Shown piece after piece: positions 51,081 to 62,433 of a DNA stretch of 64,000 bases (the stretch's first letter is position 1; each line of letters starts with the position of its first letter). The notes below the pieces were generated by a model. The model was not told the DNA's origin, did not search any database, and saw only the letters and a list, made by a program, of their open reading frames with translations. A program made the position numbers and the translations under genes. The stretch is from assembly GCF_963921235.1 (NCBI RefSeq), contig NC_086097.1:88538001-88602000 (forward strand), read 5' to 3'. The DNA comes from Mobula hypostoma. Taxonomy: Eukaryota.

Positions 51081-51780
51081 ATTTTATTAATTTTTTAATA
51101 AGTTTTTTACAATGCAACAACAGAAAAACAGTAAAAAAAAAAGAGGTTTATACAGTGCAAAACAAACATATCAAATGTACAGTTCACAACAGTTAAGGAA
51201 AAGCATCCATAGTAGAAACATATAAAGTTAGTTACCACCCCACCCTCCCACTACCCAACTCCAAGCCAACCTTAGAATATATAGAAATGTCAATCAGAAC
51301 TTTTATCACCACAGAGCTATATTTATAAAAAGAAGGTATATTGCCTACTACCTGAGCTATAATATGTTTAGACATTAAAAAAAACTTGTCTTAACCAAAA
51401 AAAAGCTGGAAGTAAGGGATTTAAACGCAAAATTAAAAAAAGGAGGGAGAAACCCTTAATCTAAATGGGAATTATGAAAATATTCAAGAAAAGACACCCC
51501 ACTCCTTTTGGAACTTTATGTCCGAATTAAGAAATGAATAATGAATCTTCTCAAGGTCTAAGCAGGACATCATGTCTCTAAGCCAGTGAGTATGACAGGG
51601 TGGGGCAACATCTCTCCACCTAAGAAGGACTGCACATCTGGCCAAAAGAGAGGCAAAAGACAATGTACGACGCTTAGCCAGACTCAGATGCTTGTCAACT
51701 TCTGCCGAGGTGCCGAAAAGAGCAATCAGAGCGTTAGGTTCCAAATAACAATTAAGTATATGGGATAAAGTTAAAAAGAC
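51081..51780 (-). mobile_element. 5'-truncated L1-clade LINE (ORF2 C-terminus plus 3' UTR and A-rich tail)
   Basis: EPNALIALFG...FASLLAR..VLLRWRD..PP..THWL.D.MSCLDLEKI..; candidate TSD atcctttt (51073-51080, 51781-51788). Confidence 0.85.
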
Positions 51781-51880
51781 ATCCTTTTTTTAGGTAAGAA
51801 AACCAAATTTTTCACAACACATCAGGTGTAGTCTCAACAGTGTCATATATAATTATAACAAAACACCTTCATTGTTAAAT

Positions 51881-52105
51881 GCACAAAAATACCGGAGGAA
51901 CTCAGCAAGTCAAGCAGCATCTACTGTATGGAGAGGAATAAATGGTTGATGTTTCAGGCCGAGTCCTGATGAAGGGTCTTGACCTAAAATGTCAACTGTT
52001 TTTAACTCTGCATGGATGCTGCCTGGCCTGCTGAATTCTTCCAGAATTTTGTGTGTTCTGTGTGTTGCTCCAGATTTCCAGCATCTGTAAAACCTCTTGT
52101 GTTTC
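51881..52105. mobile_element. Head-to-head palindromic Penelope pLTR pair
   Basis: Left arm ...ggaggaactcagcaagtcaagcagcatc...gttgatgtttcaggccgag abuts right arm agtcCTGATGAagggtcttgacct...ggatgctgcctggcctgctgaattcttccag. Confidence 0.75.
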
Positions 52106-52721
52106 TCTTCATTCTTATGTTAAAACCCTCTTGCAATAAAAGCCTTCTTCCAGCTATGTATCTGCTTATTAGATTTTAGCAACTTGTAAATGCATGAGTT
52201 GTACACCGGTGGCAAAGTGGTTAGTGCAGAGCAAGTTTTGGCCTGCCACCACTTTGTTATGAAAGATTAAACACGGGTGACGCTGCTGGAGATAGTCTTG
52301 AGTATGAACTGCATGATATGCTCTGGTTGGACACTGAAGGAATCTGTTTTGTTTGTGGTATATGCATTAGCTGATATGTGAGTACAATTGATAGCAGCTT
52401 GCACCATGAGGGAAGTCCATACTACAAAGCCAACTCCCTGCTCTGCCTGCTCTCCTTAGGCATGGAAGAACATTCTTTTGGATCTCTTTATTCAGTGGTG
52501 AGCATCAGAGAGAGATATATGGTAGAAGTCTCTATCTCCAGCTGGAAGGATCATGAAGTGTAGAAATGCATGGTCAATGTGACCTTAGCCAACTCTGGCA
52601 AAGAGTTCTTTGTGTGTCTGTGCAGTTGTAGCCATGGGTAAGTATGTAGCATGGTTCAGTGGTGCTCTGTTACTGAAATGCCACAGAATACTAATATGTG
52701 ATCTGTATTAAAACCCCGTGA

Positions 52722-53403
52722 TTCTTAATTGTCACTTAGAACCTAACCCTCTGATTGCTCTTTTTGGCACCTTGGGTGAAGTAGACATGCACCTGAGTCC
52801 GACTAAATGTCGAACATTATCTTTTGCCTCTCTCTTGGCTAGATAGTTAGTTCCTCTTAGGTGGAAAGATGCTGCCCCACCCACTCATGCTCAATGGCTT
52901 AGTGATATTATGTCCTGTTTAGACCTTGAAAAGATTCATTATTCACTTCTTAATTTGGACATAAAGTTTCATAAGGTGTGGGGACCTTTTCTTGAATACT
53001 TTCATAACTCCTCTTTAGATTAAGTCCATCCCTTTTTTTGTACTACAATCCCTTACTTTCAGCTTTTTTCCTGCAAGTTTTACGGTTTTTTTGTTGTGAA
53101 TTACATTATAGTTTTGGTAGTTGGCATTATATTTTCTTTATATATATATATATTTACAGCTCTGTGGGGTTGAATGCTCTGATTATTTTTTTCTTTTATA
53201 CACAGAAGTGGTTGGCCTGGGTTTTTTTTTAGTGGGAGGTTGGGGAGGATACTAATCTTAAATGAGTCTATTTTGGGTGCTTTTTCTTTATTGTTATGAA
53301 TTATATGTTGGACGTGTTTGTTTTGCACTGTATAAATCTCCATTTTGTTGAAGGTTTTTTTCTGTAGCTATGCTGTAGAAACGCATAAAAAATTAATTTT
53401 TAA
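52722..53403 (+). mobile_element. 5'-truncated L1-clade LINE, same family as 51081-51780
   Basis: LEPNPLIALFG...RWKDAAPPTHAQWLSDIMSCLDLEKIHY; TSD aaaacc(c)cgtga (52710-52721, 53404-53414) at a TT|AAAA target. Confidence 0.88.
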
Positions 53404-54809
53404 AAAACCCGTGAACTATTTACTCAGCCGTGATATATAAAGAGTAGCTTATGTTTGGGAGCAGCAGGACAGAATTAGAACATTGCCTTAAATATTCTGC
53501 ATTGCATATGTACGGATTTTTATGAATAAAGTATATTTTTATAACGATTATTAAAGAGCAGATTCTTCATGCTTTCTGAGATCCAGAGAGGAAAATGCTA
53601 CTAAATATCCCAGGGTGAATTTAGAGAAAATCTATTCTGTACCTCTGTAGTCAAAATTTTCAGCTATAATTGCTCTGGTGCAACTCTATTTGACCCATTT
53701 CTACCGTACAAGTATTTACTTGATATGAAACTAAATGACAATGTACTAAGAAGCAAGGAAACTACTTCTACCAGCTGTTTCCATGTAAAGTAAAATTACA
53801 GAATTATTAGCTAAGGCAGATCAATGATCAAAACTCTGATATATTGGAACTTATGTCACTTGAGGGAGTAACTTTACTGCCAGCAGTGAGTTTCTGCCAA
53901 GAATGCAAATTGGTATATTTGAGCAGACAATTCAGACCACAAGGCCATAAGACATGGGAGCAGAATTAAGCCATGTGGTCCATTGAGTCTGCTCTGCCAT
54001 TCAATCATGGCTGATCCTTTTTTTTCCATTAGTCACTGGCAGCCAACCAGAAAAGGATCCTTTTATTCCTACTCACTGCCTCCTACCAATCAGCCACAGG
54101 GGCTAGACAGAGCTGCTAATTAACCCATCAGCCTTTGGGATGAGACTAGAGTACTCATTGGAATTCTGTATGGTCAAAGGGGAAATAAGCAAACTTCACG
54201 CAGTCAGCACCTGTGATTAAGACGGTAGTCGGGTCGCAAAAGTAGTGAGGCAGCAGCTCTGCTGGTTGAATCATTGTGCTTTGTGTCAACAGGTGATGCA
54301 ATGCTTCCTCACTGAAGGGTGATTTTTGGGTGGTGGGATTTAGGAAGGTGGCAGTGGGTTATGGGCTGGGAAATAACCGAAGTAAAAAAATTCAGTCCTG
54401 CAGCTCTCATGAGGAGGAATAAAGGATTCTAGAAAGAGTTTGTTCTGTTGTTAATCCAATACATACGCTCCAAATGAGAAAGAATTTTGAAAGATTCTCT
54501 TGCACATTGGCTTTACCAGCTACAATATTGCATGTTTCACTCATAAATTTAAGGTGAAAAGATAGGAAAACCAAGAGACTTAAACATAGCTGGCAGAGTA
54601 AAACAATTTTGACACCATATTGATTTGTTTTCTGAACAGTTGCAGCAAGCAAAGCAACCAGAACAAATTGTAAAATCTGCCTCCAATTTACAACTGGGTA
54701 CAATTGTGGCGACTGATGTGTAGAGTATATGGAAGTATAAAGTGGTAGAAATCCTCAGTGATTGAATGGTATCTGAAACAAATTAAGGTAACGTAATGGT
54801 GCAGACAAT

Positions 54810-55175
54810 TTCAATAGGTTTCAATAGGTACATTTAATGTCAGAGTAATGTATACAGTATATATCCTGAAATTCTTTTTCTTTGCAAACATCCATGAAAA
54901 CAGAGGAATGCCTCGAAGAATGAATGACTGTTAAATGTTAGAATCCCAAAGACCCTCCCACGCACAGGCAGCAGTAAAGCAACAACCCTCCCCCTCCCCC
55001 ACCAGCAAAAAGCATCGGCAACCCCCACTGAGCACTCAAGCGTGCAGCAAAGCATCAATAAAGACACAGACTTGCAGTCCCCCAAAGACTACTTGTTCAC
55101 CCGGTAATTCGACATACCACAGGCTCTCTCTCTCACTCTCTAATAAGGGAAAAAGAGCTGTCCCCAATTTGTCAG
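54810..55175 (-). mobile_element. Rex1/Babar-type 3' UTR
   Basis: ggtttcaataggtacatttaatgtcagag end; same end begins again at 63968-64000. Confidence 0.5.
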
Positions 55176-57987
55176 GAAAGTGATAAGAATGCCAACAAAA
55201 CTGGGACAGAAGTTGAAAGTGAACAAAATTATAAGAATAAAAATATTCAAGTCACAGGTGTAAGAGGGGAAAACTTCTGTAATCTACATTTTAGTAATCA
55301 GCCTGACCTGTTCCTCAGCACAAGTTATAGACAACTTGCCCTTGCTTCCTGTTTGTAAGGTTATTACTATCCCTCTGCCAGATCCATAATCACAAACTTC
55401 ACATAGTTTCAAGGATTTTGGGAGCTGATATTTTTAATCATTTGTTTTGTTGCCACCTCATTCATCATGCCCAGACTTCTAGAAATAGCAGCTCAAAAGT
55501 AAAGTCCTGCTTTCCATACAAGGTTCTGACTGCCACTGAGATAATGATGAACATAGATAATTTCAGTAGAGAATGTTTTCTCATCAGAATATTATTATTT
55601 GCTTTCACAAACTAACACATTATCCATGTTCCAGCTTGTGCAGAGAAGATTTTGAGAGAAAAGAAAACATCATTGAATTGCAACCCACTAGAATACCAGG
55701 TTGTCTGGTTTATGTAAAGACTTGGTTCAATTGAATATTCCACCTGGCTATTTGGCCTGTCAGTATATTTATCTTTCCCTGCAGGAGCTGAAAATTAGCC
55801 CCATGTTTTATGGAAAGCCCATTTACTTAAGAATACTGCTTATTGCTGAAATAAATTGATACCAGGAGCCAAGCACCTGGTGCACAGTAGATATGCAGAT
55901 TAACAGAATCAAACAATGATGGGCACTGCAAACTTTTACTGAGAGAATTATTCAATGTTTATTTTGAGTATTTTCATTTCCCAAATAGGGCCAGGTTTGA
56001 TTTTGCCAAGTGCTGTTCAGAGGTTTGAGGACTTTTACTCTGTGTGCAGCTGGCATAATAATCCAAGACTGAGGAGGTGCAATGGTTTATTCATCAGCCC
56101 CTTCACATGAGATATAACACAAAGAGGGGCAGTGGCACCAGGTGCATGAGAAGAGCAACATTTGTAGGTTCCCTAATGTATTCCACACCAACCTAACTTC
56201 AAAATTGAATTCCCTACCTGGCAGAGCAGTGGAGATTCCTCCATCAGGAGGTTGCAGTGGTTAAGACAGCTTGCTCGTCACCACCTTCTCTAGGTTAATT
56301 TGGGATGGTCAATAAATGTTGTCCTTGCTAGTAACACACTTATCCTCTAAGTGGACAAAAAAAGGGAGATCAGGGTTTTTAAAAGATGGGATGTATGAGC
56401 TTTGACCAGCGACCAATCCAGACATCGGAAGTTTTGAGAGGAGGGTACTTCAATCAGGTCCACTGCCCAAGTACAAATGGCAGCAGCAGGTCACTACAGT
56501 GAAAAAGAGAGGCTTCATTCAGTGGAGGCAAAACAAAAAAAAAAGCTCGAGGTTAAGTTATTTTTTTCTCCTTCCCTTCTTTATATCTGCTCAGCTGGAT
56601 AGTGGAATGCTGCTCTTGCAGGATGTGGGAAGGCATGGAGACCTCCAGTGTCCCTGACAACTACAATGCCAGAAGTGCATCCAGCTGCACCTTCTAACAA
56701 TCTGCGTTAAGGAGTTGGATCTGGAACTGGATGAATCCTGGATCATTCAGAAGGCTGATAGGACATATAGAGAGGTAGTTACACCCAAAGGTGCAGGACA
56801 TAGGAGATTGGGTGACAGTCAGGAAGGGGAAAGAGGTTAAGGAGCCAGTGCAGAGTACCCCTGCAGCTATCCCCCTCAACAACAGGTCTATCACTTTATA
56901 TATAGTTGGGGAGGATGATCTAACAGTGAAATGTCACAATGGTCATGTCTCTGGCACTGAATCTGCCTCTGTAACTCAGAAGGGATGGGGGGAGAAAGGG
57001 CACACTGTGGTGATAAGGGATTTGTTAGCGGAATGGACAGGAGGCTCTGTGGGCAAGAATGAGTTTGCCTGATGGTATGTACCCCCCCCCCCCGCACCGC
57101 CCCCCGCAGGTGTCCGGGATATCTTGGATCGAGTGCTCAGCATTCTTAAGTGGGAGGGTGAACAGCCAGAAGTCATGGTCCATGTAGGTACCAATGACAT
57201 GGGTAGGATGAGTGACAAGGTTCTGCACTGGTGTGAGGTTAAAGGGCAGGACCTCCAGGGTTGTGATCTCGGGACTACTACCCATGCCAGGCGCTATGAG
57301 GCCAGAACTAGGACGATAATACCATTTAAAATGTGGCTAAGCAGTTGGTGCAGGAGGGAGGGCATAAGATTTTTGGGTCATTGGGCTCTCTTCCAGAGAC
57401 AGTGGGACCTGCACAGAGGGGCGACTTGCACCTGAACTGGGGGGTGTTTAATACCCTAGCGGGAAGGTTTGTTACTGCTGCATGGTGGGGTTTAAACTAG
57501 AGTTGCGGGGGGATGGGAACCAGAGTGCAGGACAGCTTGAGGAGAGTTTGTGGTGGGAGCTGTTGCTAAGACCTCAGACAAAGTTAGGAATCAAAAGGTT
57601 GAGCATGATGCAAATAGTGTCCTGAGCTGCATATATTTCAATGCAAGAAGTATCGTAGGAAAGGTGGATAATAGTGCTGAAGATGAGGTACCTGGTTTAC
57701 AGAGGTAATGTGTAGTGAGCAGAGGCTGTTGATAGAGCAAAATTGCAGTGAACAAGATGAGTTGCAATGTAAGACGCAGACAAAATCAAAAGGGGTGAAT
57801 ACAGGACTGAAGCTGTTATGTATGAATGTGTGCAGTACACAGAATAAGATAAATGAACTTGTAGCACAGTTACAGATTGGCATACGTGATGTTTTACATG
57901 GAAACATAGAAAATAGGTGCAGGAGTAGGCCATTCGGCCCTTCGAGCCTGCACCGCCATTCAGTATGATCATGGCTGACCATCCAAC

Positions 57988-60900
57988 TCAGAACCCTGTA
58001 CCAGCCTTCCCTCCATACCCCCTGATCCCTTTAGCCACAAGGGCCATATCTAACTCCCTCTTAAATATAGCCAATGAACTGGCCTCAACTGTTTCCTGTG
58101 GCAGAGAATTCCACAGATTCACCACTCTCTGTGTGAAGAAGTTTTTCCTAATCTCGGTCCTAAAAGGCTTCCCCTTTATCCTCAAACTGTGGCCCCTCGT
58201 TCTGGACTTCCCCAACATCGGGAACAACCTTCCTGCATCTAGCCTGTCCAATCCCCTTAGGATTTTATATGTTTCAATCAGATCCCCCCTCAATCTTCTA
58301 AATTCCAATGAGTATAAACCTAGTCGATCCAGTCTTTCATCATATGAAAGTCCTGCCATCCCAGGAATCAATCTGGTGAACCTTCTTTGTACTCCCTCTA
58401 TGGCAAGGTTGTCTTTCCTCAGATTAGGGGACCAAAACTGCACACAATACTCCAGGTATGGTCTCATCAAGGCCTTGTACAACTGCAGTAGTACCTCCCT
58501 GCTCCTGTATTCGAATCCTCTTGCTATGAATGCCAGCATACCATTCGTCTTTTTCACCGCCTGCTGTATTGCATGCCTACTTTCAATCATTGGTGTATAA
58601 TGACACCCAGCTCTCGTTGCACCTCCCCTTTTCCTAATCAGCCACCATTCAGATAATAATCTGTTTTCCTGTTTTTGCCAGCAAGGTGGATAACCTCACA
58701 TTTATCCACATTAAATTGCTTCTGCATGAATTTGCCCACTCACCTAACCTATCCAAGTCACCCTGCATCCTCTTAGCATCCTCCTCACAGCTAACACTGC
58801 CGCCCAGCTTCGTGTCATCCACAAACTTGGATTTGTTGCATTTAATTCCCTCATCCAAGTCATTAATATATATTGTAAACAACTGGGTTCCCAGCACTGA
58901 GCCTTGCGGTACCCCACTAGTCACTGCCTGCCATTCTGAAAAGGTCCCGTTTATTCCCACTCTTTGCTTCCTGTCTGCCAACCAATTCTCTATCCACATC
59001 AATACCTTAACCCCAATACCGTGTGCTTTAAGTTTGCACACTAATCTCCTGTGTGGGACCTTGTCAAAAGCCTTTTGAAAATCCAAATATACCACATCCA
59101 CTGGTTCTCCCCTATCCACTCTACTAGTTACATCCTCAAAAAATTCTATGAGATTCGTCAGACATGATTTTCCTTTCACAAAACCATGCTGACTTTGTCC
59201 GATGATTTCACCGCTTTCCAAATGTGCTGTTATCACATTTTTGATAACTGACTCCAGCAGTTTCCCCACCACTGACGTTAGGCTAACCGGTCTATAATTC
59301 CCTGGTTTCTCTCTCCTCCTTTTTTGAAAAGTGGGGTTACATTAGCCACCCTCCAATCCTCAGGAACTAATCCAGAATCTAACGAGTTTTGAAAAATTAT
59401 CACTAATGCATCCACTATTTCTTGGGCTACTTCCTTAAGCACTCTGGGATGCAGACCGACTGGCCCTGAGGATTTATCTGCCTTTAATCCCTTCAATTAA
59501 CCTAACACCACTTCCCTACTAACATGTATTTCCCTCAGTTCCTCCATCTCACTGGACCCTCTGTCCCCTACTATTTCCGGAAGATTATTTATGTCCTCCT
59601 TAGTGAAGACAGAACCAAAGTAATTATTCAATTGGTCTGCCATGTCCTTGCTCCCCATAATCAATTCACCTGTTTCTGTCTGCAGGGGACCTACATTTGT
59701 CTTTACCAGTCTTTTCCTTTTTACATATCTATACAAGCTTTTACAGTCCATTTTTATGTTCCCTGCCAGTTTTCTCTCATAATCGTTTTTCCCCTTCCTA
59801 ATTAAGCCCTTTGTCCTCCTCTGCTGAACTCTGAATTTCTCCCAGTCCTCAGGTGAGCCACTTTCTCTGGCTAATTTGTATGCTTCTTCTTTGGAATTGA
59901 TACTATCCCTAATTTCTCTTGTCAGCCACGGGTGCACTACCTTCCTTGATTTATTCTTTTGCCAAACTGGGATGAACAATTGTTGTAGTTCATCCATGCG
60001 ATCTTTAAATGCTTGCCATTGCCTATCCACCGTCAACCCTTTAAGTATCATTTGCCAGTCTATCTTAGCTAATTCACGTCTCATACCTTCAAAATTATGC
60101 TTCTTTAAGTTCAGAACATTTGTTTCTAAATTAACTATGTCACTCTCCATCTTAATGAAGAATTCCACCATATTATGGTCACTCTTACCCAAGGGGCCTC
60201 TCACGACAAGATTGCTAATTAACCCTTCCTCATTGCTCAATACCCAGTCTCGGATAGCCTGCTCTCTTGTTGGTTCCTCGACATGTTGGTTCAAAAAAAC
60301 CATCCCGCATACATTCCAAGAAATCCTCTTCCTCAGCACCCTTACCAATTTGGTTCACCCAATCTATATGTAGATTGAAGTCACCCATTATAACTGCTGT
60401 TCCTTTATGCCCACATTTCTAATTTCCTGTTTAATACCATCCCCAACCTCACTACTACTGTTAGGTGGCCTGTACACAACTCCTACCAGCGTTTTCTGCC
60501 CCTTAGTGTTATGCAGCTCTATCCATATCGATTCCACATCCTCCCAGCTAATGTCCTTCCTTTCTATTGCGTTAATCTCCTCTCTAACCAGCAATGCTAC
60601 CCTACCTCCTTTTCTTTCATGTCTATCCCTCTTGAATATTGAATATCCCTGAATGTTGAGCTCCCATCCTTGGTCACCCTGGAGCCATGTCTCTGTGATC
60701 CCAACTATATCATATTCATTAACAACAATCTGCACTTTTAATTCATCCACCTTATTACGAATGCTCCTTGCATTGACACACAAAGCCTTTAGGCTTGATT
60801 TTACAACACTCTTAGCCCTTATACAATTATGTTGTAAAGTGGCCCTTTTTGATTTTTGCCCTGGATTTGCCGGCCTGCCACTTTTACTTTTCACCTTCCT

Positions 60901-61032
60901 ACTTTTTGCTTCTACCCTCATTTTACACCCCCCTGTCTCTCTGCACTGGTTCCCATCTCCCTGTTGTGAACTAACCTCCTCTTTCCTAGTCTCTTTAATT
61001 TGATTCCCACCCCACAACCATTCTAGTTTAAA
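57988..61032 (-). pseudogene. CR1 ORF2 (APE endonuclease plus reverse transcriptase), broken by several frameshifts and stops
   Basis: NARSIRNKVDEL, GITETW, VYRPP, SDHN, QHGFVKGKSCLTNL, YLDFQKAFDKVPH, GVPQGSVLG, FVDD, RRLRGDLI, spread over five ORF-track segments. Confidence 0.93.
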
Positions 61033-61955
61033 GTCACCTCAGTAGCCCTGGCTAATCTCCCTGCCAGGATATTGGTTCCCCTAGGATTCAAGTGTAACCC
61101 GTCCTTTTTGTACAGGTCACACCTGCGCCAAAAGAGGTCCCAATGATCCAAAAACTTGAATCCCTGCCCCCTGCTCCAATCCCTCAGCCACACATTTATC
61201 CTCCACCTCATTGCATTCCTACTCTCACTGTCGCGTGGCACAGGCAGTAATCCCGAGATTACTACCTTTGCGGTCCTTTTTCTCAACCTTCCTAACTCCC
61301 TATATTCTCCTTTCAGGACCTCTTCCCTTTTCCTACCTATGCCATTGGTACCCATACGTACCATGACCTCTGGCTCCTCACCCTCCCACTTCAGGATATC
61401 TTGGACACGATCAGAAATATCCCTGACTCTGGCACCAGGGAGGCAAACTACCATCTGGGTCTCTGGACTGTGTCCACAAAATCGCCTGTCTGACCCCCTT
61501 ACTATCGAGTCCCCTATTACAACTGCCCTCCTCTTCCTTCCCCTACCCTTCTGAGCTACAGGGCCGGACTCTGTGCCAGAAGCACAGCCACTGTTGCTTC
61601 CCCCAGGTAAGCTGTCCCCCCCAACAGTACTCAAACAGGAGTACCTATTGTCAAGGGGCACAGCCACTGAGTTACTCTCTATTACCTGACTCTTCCCCTT
61701 TCCCCTCCTAACCGTGACCCACTTGTCTGCCTCCCGTGGCCCCGGTGTGACCACCTGCCTGTAATTCCTCTCTGTCAACTCCTCACTCTCCCTGACCAGA
61801 CGAAGGTCATCGAGTTGCAGCTCCAGTTCCCTAACGCAGTCCCTTAGGAGCTGCATCTCGGCGCACCTGGCGCAGATGTGGACGTCCAGGAGGCTTGGAG
61901 ACTCCAGGGCCTCCCACATCCGGCACCGAGAACAACAAGCTGCCTTCACACTCAT
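61023..61955 (-). CDS. CR1 ORF1p (310 aa): zinc finger, leucine zipper, SGNH/GDSL esterase domain
   Basis: Uninterrupted frame from ATG 61955: C..C.MW..C..C, LLRDCVRELELQLDDL, VIGDSIVR, CLPGA, MGTNG, DGLHLN, ending EVTLN*. Confidence 0.9.
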   Translation of the reverse strand: MSVKAACCSRCRMWEALESPSLLDVHICARCAEMQLLRDCVRELELQLDDLRLVRESEELTERNYRQVVTPGPREADKWVTVRRGKGKSQVIESNSVAVPLDNRYSCLSTVGGDSLPGGSNSGCASGTESGPVAQKGRGRKRRAVVIGDSIVRGSDRRFCGHSPETQMVVCLPGARVRDISDRVQDILKWEGEEPEVMVRMGTNGIGRKREEVLKGEYRELGRLRKRTAKVVISGLLPVPRDSESRNAMRWRINVWLRDWSRGQGFKFLDHWDLFWRRCDLYKKDGLHLNPRGTNILAGRLARATEVTLN

Positions 61956-62111
61956 ACTGCCCCTCTCCTCAAATAACAACAAAAAATGAATACCAAACCT
62001 TCCTCGCCTCGCCCGTTTCCGCCTAAGCCCGTTGAGCCGAAGCCCTTAAGCCGTCAATCTGCTCCTGGCTCACTCCGCCGCCCGCAAACTACGCTACCCA
62101 CTATATAAGGC

Positions 62112-62433
62112 TCTGTTCCTTTTAAATCTTCCGTGCTTCACTGCCCGACGACACACGCCTGCGCAGTCCCGCCTCTCTGAACGCCAATGGAAAAAAAACC
62201 GAAAAGTTCAAAAATGGCTTCCTCTGGACTCCGCTCCGATTCTCAGACTTCCTTCTTCAAATTAAACCCGAAGCAGGATTTCTGTCCTTTTAAATCTTCC
62301 ACGCCTTACTGCCCGACGTCACACGCCTGCGCAGTCCCGCCTCTCTGAACACCGATGAAAAAAAAACCCGAAAAATCCAAAAATGGCTTCCTCCGCACTC
62401 CCGCTCCGATTCTCAGACTTCCTTCTTCGAATT
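62112..62433 (-). promoter_or_regulatory. Tandem about 169-bp CpG-rich monomers in the CR1 5' UTR (putative internal promoter)
   Basis: 62112-62263 and 62281-62433 are near-identical; contain tgcgcaggcg (NRF1-like), gacgtca (CRE-like, copy 62281-62433), aggcggg (GC box) and aaaatggc (YY1-like). Confidence 0.65.

Larger units (their letters stand above)
57896..62431 (-). mobile_element. Young, essentially full-length CR1 LINE (about 4.5 kb)
   Basis: CpG-rich duplicated 5' UTR, intact ORF1, complete but frameshifted ORF2, 3' end ...ggcctactcctgcacctattttctatgtttccatgt; candidate TSD tttt (57892-57895, 62432-62435). Confidence 0.95.

Noticed and set aside
57965..61554. Plus-strand ORFs of 80-211 aa
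   Set aside because: Antisense shadows of the minus-strand CR1 ORF1/ORF2
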